NCBI GenBank assembly: GCA_050302075.1 | Contig: JBNLAH010000001.1 | Coordinates: 100,157-164,156 of the forward strand | DNA from: Parachlamydiales bacterium | GTDB taxonomy: Bacteria > Chlamydiota > Chlamydiia > Chlamydiales > SM23-39 | Length of the DNA: 64,000 nucleotides | Direction: 5' to 3' | In this document: piece by piece, positions 59,255 through 64,000 of the stretch | How positions within the stretch are numbered: position 1 is the stretch's first letter | Layout of the letters: each line of letters begins with the position of its first letter | Translations under genes and position numbers: made by a program | The notes under the pieces: model-generated | Databases searched by the model: none | Told to the model about the DNA's origin: nothing | What the model saw: only the letters and a program-made list of their open reading frames with translations

Positions 59255-60170
59255 AGCAAGATTTAGTATTAAACGATCACTAGTTTGGATATTTATATCG
59301 GTTTTTATATTTTCCGGAATACCCTACGGGATTTACTTTGGATATCTTTTTTATAAAGAAGTAAAACAAAAAGATAAGGAGCTTAACATTATTGGGATCT
59401 ATCAAACTGGATCCCGAAAAAATGCACTCCCAAGTCAATATTTAGCTGAGCTTTTAGAATTGTCCAATGACAAAAAAACCGGCTATGTTGCTTTTGACGA
59501 AAAAGAAGCTGAAGAAAAATTATTAAGATCTCCCTTTATCAGCTATGCAAACGTAAAAAAGATACGACCAAATGCAGTGTACGTTGATTATGAGATTAGA
59601 ATCCCTTTTGCTAAGCTTTCTGATTACGAAAACATAGCAATTGATGAGAATGGATATATTTTTCCTTACCAGCCTATTTTTTCCGAAACATCTTTACCTG
59701 AAATTAAGCTAGGACTGCCTAGATTTTTAGAAGGTGAGGATGAACAGAAAAGAGAAGGAGGAGATTTTCAAAAACCAATTACCTGTGAACATTACTTTTT
59801 GGCACATGAAGTTTATAAATTGTTTCAAGAAAAACAATTCTTGAATCATTTTAAAGTAAAAAAAATAGATGTTTCAAATGCCTTTGCTCCAAGTTTTGGT
59901 CGTAGAGAAATTATAGTTGAGATTGAGGAAAAGTTAGAAATTTCTCAGAATGGAATTAATACAATCTATATTTTCCCAAAATTCTTAAGGCTAAACGAAA
60001 AAGAATATGCAAAACAGTTATCGAATTTTTTGAGTTTATCACAAAAAATGAGAAATGATTATAGAAGACAGATTCGTCTAACAAAAACCAGTCCCAAAGT
60101 GGTTAGATGTAAGGCAAAACTTTTAGATTTTAGAATTCCACAAATTGCGTTTATTAAAGAAGATGAGTGA
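59247..60170 (+). CDS. ftsQ: FtsQ/DivIB-like cell division protein
   Basis: Single TM helix then a POTRA-like segment (L..SPFI..A.VKK..PN); position after ddl. Confidence 0.7.
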   Translation: MSEARFSIKRSLVWIFISVFIFSGIPYGIYFGYLFYKEVKQKDKELNIIGIYQTGSRKNALPSQYLAELLELSNDKKTGYVAFDEKEAEEKLLRSPFISYANVKKIRPNAVYVDYEIRIPFAKLSDYENIAIDENGYIFPYQPIFSETSLPEIKLGLPRFLEGEDEQKREGGDFQKPITCEHYFLAHEVYKLFQEKQFLNHFKVKKIDVSNAFAPSFGRREIIVEIEEKLEISQNGINTIYIFPKFLRLNEKEYAKQLSNFLSLSQKMRNDYRRQIRLTKTSPKVVRCKAKLLDFRIPQIAFIKEDE

Positions 60171-60480
60171 TTTTTGTATAGTTCTATGGACAGCCAGCAA
60201 TTTTGATGAGGCAAAAAAAATTGTTAGACTCCTTCTAGATAAAAAACTTATTGCCTGTGCCACATTGCTTGATAATGTACATTCAATGTATGTTTGGAGA
60301 GGTGAGATTGAGTTTGAAAAAGAAGTCCAAATAATTATTAAATCGATCAAATCCAATTTTTCTGAAATTAAAGAGACGATTCAAGAAAAGAGCTCTTATG
60401 ATATTCCTGAAATACTTTTAGTAGATGTAAAAGATGGGTTGAGCTCTTATTTAAATTGGATCAAAGATACACTAACTTAA
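60163..60480 (+). CDS. cutA: Divalent-cation tolerance protein CutA
   Basis: LIACA, S.Y.WRG.I...E and SYDIPEI motifs. Confidence 0.93.
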   Translation: MSDFCIVLWTASNFDEAKKIVRLLLDKKLIACATLLDNVHSMYVWRGEIEFEKEVQIIIKSIKSNFSEIKETIQEKSSYDIPEILLVDVKDGLSSYLNWIKDTLT

Positions 60481-61115
60481 ACTATTCCATTTCTAATATC
60501 ATTGGTAACTTGTTTAAGTTGGTTTATTGTTTCTGAGTAATTTCTTCTTGGATGATATAAAAAATTCTCATTAATTGCTTTCAAGGTGCTAAATAATTTA
60601 TTAACTCTGAAATTTTCAATATCCTTTCTAATAAATGATAAAACATCTTTTTCGAGGTCTTTAAACTCTTTAATATCCATTGGGGGTAGATCATCAACTG
60701 GAGATATGCATAGGTTGTTCTTTAATGTCTGAACAATATTGAATGCTTTTATTTTTGGAAATGTCTCTTCTAGGTTTGCATTGAACTGAAATATCCTATC
60801 ATGCAAATTTCTCACTTTAGTACTTCCACTATTTAGCTCAGAGTCTAATTCATTCATTTCTGATATAATTAGGTTTTCTTGATCTGCGTTAAGAATATTT
60901 GAATACATAAGCTCTTTTAGATTAGTTATTTGCATGAAAACATCCTCAAATATCTGAGGGTCATAAGAAGCCATTATGATAAATTGCTCTATTTTTATTC
61001 TTAATAAATCGAACTCCTCTAAGCGAGCTGTTTTCTTATGCTGCTCTGAAGATTCTAGCTGATGCGAACTTGGTGGAATAGGTGTATGTGGTGGTGGAAT
61101 TCTAAAATCTGCCAT
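60477..61115 (-). CDS. Hypothetical protein with a Pro/Ser-rich N-terminus
   Basis: 212-aa ORF with no recognisable motif. Confidence 0.65.
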   Translation of the reverse strand: MADFRIPPPHTPIPPSSHQLESSEQHKKTARLEEFDLLRIKIEQFIIMASYDPQIFEDVFMQITNLKELMYSNILNADQENLIISEMNELDSELNSGSTKVRNLHDRIFQFNANLEETFPKIKAFNIVQTLKNNLCISPVDDLPPMDIKEFKDLEKDVLSFIRKDIENFRVNKLFSTLKAINENFLYHPRRNYSETINQLKQVTNDIRNGIV

Positions 61116-61328
61116 AGCTTTCTCATTTACCTCTTGCTATTAGCATCTCCACTCTTCTTTAATTATAAGTAAATATTTTACTTTATTTCCATCTATTATT
61201 ATAATTTCCTAAAATTAAGTTGTTTATGAACAAAATCTAGAATTTAGTTAGTTATATTGCTAGTTTAAAATCATAGAATGACTTATTTTCTTTTAAGCGT
61301 TGATAAAAGTTGAAAAAAGGTAAGCTAA

Positions 61329-61670
61329 ATGGCTATAGGAATAAAAATTGAAGTAGAAGAAGTAGATGGAAAAGTTGTAGTTCATATAGACGGTAGGCTA
61401 GATGCTCCTTCAGCGCCTACTTTAGAAAAAAAGCTTAATTTATTGATCGATGAGGGTAAGTTTAATCTTCTTTTAGACTTTTCTAAAGTTGAATATCTCA
61501 GTAGTGCCGGAATGAGGTTACTATTATCTGCTAGTAAAAAAATTAAACTAAAAGATGGAAAAATTGTTATTTTTTCAATTCATGACGATGTAATGGACAT
61601 AATTAAACTGGCAGGTTTCGATAAGATTTTAAATATCTGCAGAACAGAGCAAGAAGCATTGCAGTTTTAA
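61329..61670 (+). CDS. rsbV: Anti-sigma factor antagonist (STAS domain)
   Basis: GRLDA..LDFSKVEYLSSAGMR. Confidence 0.9.
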   Translation: MAIGIKIEVEEVDGKVVVHIDGRLDAPSAPTLEKKLNLLIDEGKFNLLLDFSKVEYLSSAGMRLLLSASKKIKLKDGKIVIFSIHDDVMDIIKLAGFDKILNICRTEQEALQF

Positions 61671-61673
61671 AGC

Positions 61674-62681
61674 ATGTCTTTTACAGTCTTAAAAGAAGAA
61701 AAAAAACTTCGTCCTATATTTGCTGATGAATTTAATTCAGGTCAAAAAAAACATCGTATTATAGTTTTATCAGGTCCTACTGCATCAGGAAAAACAGATT
61801 TGGCAATATCGCTTGCAGAAATTATTGGAGGGGAGATTATCTCGGCTGATTCAATGCAAGTTTATCAAAAAATGGACATTGGGACAGCCAAACCTTCAGC
61901 TTTGCAAAAAGATAGAGTTCCACATCATTTAATTGATTTAATTGATATAAAAGAGTCCTTTAATGTTGCTCAATTTTGCGAACAAGCTTATCTCGCCTTA
62001 AAGGAGATTCTTGAAAGAAAAAATGTTCCAATTGTAGTTGGCGGGACTGGGTTTTACATACACTCTTTTTTGTATGGACCTCCATTAGGACCTGAATCTG
62101 ATCCTAATATTCGCTCTGGACTGGAAGAGAAAATGAAAATATTAGGCCCTGAAGTAATGTATGAAAGACTTCAAATGATCGATCCCGAGTATGCTAAAAC
62201 AATCACAGAAAATGATAAGCATAAAATTATCAGAGCCCTTGAAATTATATTAATATCAAAGACAAAAGTAAGTGACATTCCTAGACCTAAAAATATTATC
62301 TCAGACAATCTTGATTTTCGCTGCTGGTTTATTCACTATCCTAAAAAAGAACTTTATGAGCGGATTGAAAGAAGATGTGATGAAATGATAGAGATGGGAT
62401 TTATTGAAGAGGTAAAAAGACTTAAGGAAAGTGGTTTAGAAGAAAATCGATCCGCATCTCAGGCGATTGGATATCGACAGTGCCTTGAATATTTAAGAAC
62501 AAATCAAACTCAAGAGGACTTTAAGGTATTTATTCAAAAGTTCAAGCAAGCTTCAAGGAAATATGCTAAAAGGCAATTTACATGGTTTAGAAACGAAAAA
62601 ATATTCCGCTGGCTCGACTTACAAAAACATGACATAGAGTATGTTAAAGAAGTGATTTTACAAGATTTTGAAATCAATTAA
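61674..62681 (+). CDS. miaA: tRNA dimethylallyltransferase
   Basis: GPTASGKT, SADSMQVY, DIGTAK, VGGTG and KRQFTWF motifs. Confidence 0.98.
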   Translation: MSFTVLKEEKKLRPIFADEFNSGQKKHRIIVLSGPTASGKTDLAISLAEIIGGEIISADSMQVYQKMDIGTAKPSALQKDRVPHHLIDLIDIKESFNVAQFCEQAYLALKEILERKNVPIVVGGTGFYIHSFLYGPPLGPESDPNIRSGLEEKMKILGPEVMYERLQMIDPEYAKTITENDKHKIIRALEIILISKTKVSDIPRPKNIISDNLDFRCWFIHYPKKELYERIERRCDEMIEMGFIEEVKRLKESGLEENRSASQAIGYRQCLEYLRTNQTQEDFKVFIQKFKQASRKYAKRQFTWFRNEKIFRWLDLQKHDIEYVKEVILQDFEIN

Positions 62682-63760
62682 TAATCTAAACTAATGCTTA
62701 AGGTCAGTCCTTGTAAAGATAAATCACCAATAGTATTTCTAGATTTGGCTATGATAGTAGCATCAATGAATCTCAACATTTGATTTTGTTTCCACCAGTA
62801 ATTTCCTTCATATGCAGCACTGATAGCCAAGTGCTTTTTGCATCCAAAACATTTATCCCATTTAATACCGGCAGATATTTGTGCGTGCGGTTTATATGTC
62901 CAAAAATCTTCTTTTAACTCAGCTCTATCATTTCTTTGCTGACCATCTATAAGTTCAGAACTTAAGCTATTTTCTATTCTTTGTAGATCAAAGTGAGTGT
63001 GTAGTAAAGCTAATGACAAATTAGTGAAGATGCTTAAAGAAAGCTTGGTACACCAATTACTTCTAAATCCAAATAAAGGACCAACACCATAAGAAAAATT
63101 TTTCAAAGCAACATCTGTGGCAAGTGGATTTACTGTATTTCCACTGATGGTAATAATGTTTCCACCATGATAATTAACAGTAAAATTCTGATTGATGATA
63201 GCATTTCTAATTCCAATATAAGGTCTTACCGATATAATTCTTGTTAAGCAAAAATTCTTTCCAAGATCAGCGTCAATTACATTGTAGTTAATTTTCCACT
63301 TTGCCTCTGCAAAGGAAAAGCGAACATCATTAAGTTCATTTTCATAAGCTGCAGGATGGACCCAAACTGGAATAATTCCAACTCCGGCAGAAGATACTGG
63401 TTCATTTAAATTACTAGTCGTCGAATTACTATTTGATTTTTCTTCTAGCCGAGTGTATGTGACCTGCAAGTTCCAATTGTCATGAGGTAAATACATCCCA
63501 AGTGCTAGTCGGAAAGCAGGCTCCCACTTAAAGTCAATGTCGATTACTTTTCCATCAAGCCCGGTGCCAGGATTGTTGTTTGTAATTGCATACTCAAGAC
63601 CCATTGATTTTGCCTGCCAATATAAAAATGAAATATCAGTGAATAGAGCGCATTTACGAAGTTTACATGGCTTTGCAGGGGGAAGGATTACACACTTGTC
63701 CAAATAACTGGCATTCACTAAGAAAGGGGTCAGCAATATTATCAAAAATAATTTTTTCAT
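62678..63760 (-). CDS. MOMP-like (Lpg1974-type) beta-barrel outer membrane protein
   Basis: Signal peptide, FLYWQA, W.P.FR, GVGP, YE..YW..Q and GDLSLQG; C-terminal aromatic residue. Confidence 0.8.
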   Translation of the reverse strand: MKKLFLIILLTPFLVNASYLDKCVILPPAKPCKLRKCALFTDISFLYWQAKSMGLEYAITNNNPGTGLDGKVIDIDFKWEPAFRLALGMYLPHDNWNLQVTYTRLEEKSNSNSTTSNLNEPVSSAGVGIIPVWVHPAAYENELNDVRFSFAEAKWKINYNVIDADLGKNFCLTRIISVRPYIGIRNAIINQNFTVNYHGGNIITISGNTVNPLATDVALKNFSYGVGPLFGFRSNWCTKLSLSIFTNLSLALLHTHFDLQRIENSLSSELIDGQQRNDRAELKEDFWTYKPHAQISAGIKWDKCFGCKKHLAISAAYEGNYWWKQNQMLRFIDATIIAKSRNTIGDLSLQGLTLSISLDY

Positions 63761-63769
63761 ATTTTACCA

Positions 63770-64000
63770 TCAAAAATCAAATCTAAATTGAAAGTTTACT
63801 CCATGAAGCATTAAATCACCTTTTGAAGGTACATTTAAACTTTCGTTGTAAGCATCTGTAAATCTTCTAAATAAACTCTGCTCATAGAAATATTGTATTT
63901 CGTAGCTTAAATCTGCATTGAAAGAAAAGCATTTGTAACAACACTCCCATCCAAGTCCCATTATTGTTTCAGCAAAAGGCTTCCAGATCCAGGGCTTTTC
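63770..64000 (-). CDS. Second MOMP-like paralogue, 3' part only
   Basis: YEIQYFYEQ..GDLMLHGVNFQFRFDF aligns with the C-terminus of 62678-63760. Confidence 0.75.
   Translation of the reverse strand, partial: EKPWIWKPFAETIMGLGWECCYKCFSFNADLSYEIQYFYEQSLFRRFTDAYNESLNVPSKGDLMLHGVNFQFRFDF

Noticed and set aside
56963..60170. murC-ddl fusion and absence of ftsA/ftsZ as a novelty
   Set aside because: Established features of Chlamydiae
2037..60356. Many 60-140 aa ORFs inside annotated genes (e.g. 2037-2279, 27416-27760, 32897-33259, 52336-52752)
   Set aside because: Shadow ORFs, mostly antisense to well-supported genes, with no motifs of their own
1..64000. CRISPR array, rRNA or long tandem repeats
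   Set aside because: No regularly spaced repeats or rRNA-like sequence seen; intergenic gaps are all short

Overview
AT-rich chromosomal segment from an environmental member of the phylum Chlamydiae. The assignment is inferred from a fused murC-ddl, a fused 2-oxoacid dehydrogenase E1 alpha/beta, a dcw cluster without ftsZ/ftsA, a divergent GroEL paralogue, ptsH/ptsI without EII genes, hrcA-grpE-dnaK with a CIRCE element, and tandem MOMP-like porins. Most of the window is housekeeping backbone: heat shock, serS, ftsK, dnaX, the mur/dcw genes, rsbV, miaA, tRNA-His and tRNA-Cys. Several accessory genes sit in this backbone. The best candidates for undescribed biology are (i) an overlapping three-gene cassette of a nucleosidase-like protein, an SplB-like radical SAM enzyme and an SDR (45303-47747); (ii) a probable effector joining a CE-clan (Ulp1-like) protease with an intact triad to an OGFr-like domain (48683-50329); (iii) an F-box-like protein with an H..HDxxH motif (30099-31751); (iv) a pseudo-receiver/metallo-beta-lactamase fusion; and (v) a TreS with a possible signal peptide. 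No CRISPR array, integrase or transposase was seen. All calls come from reading motifs by eye; no database searches were run.
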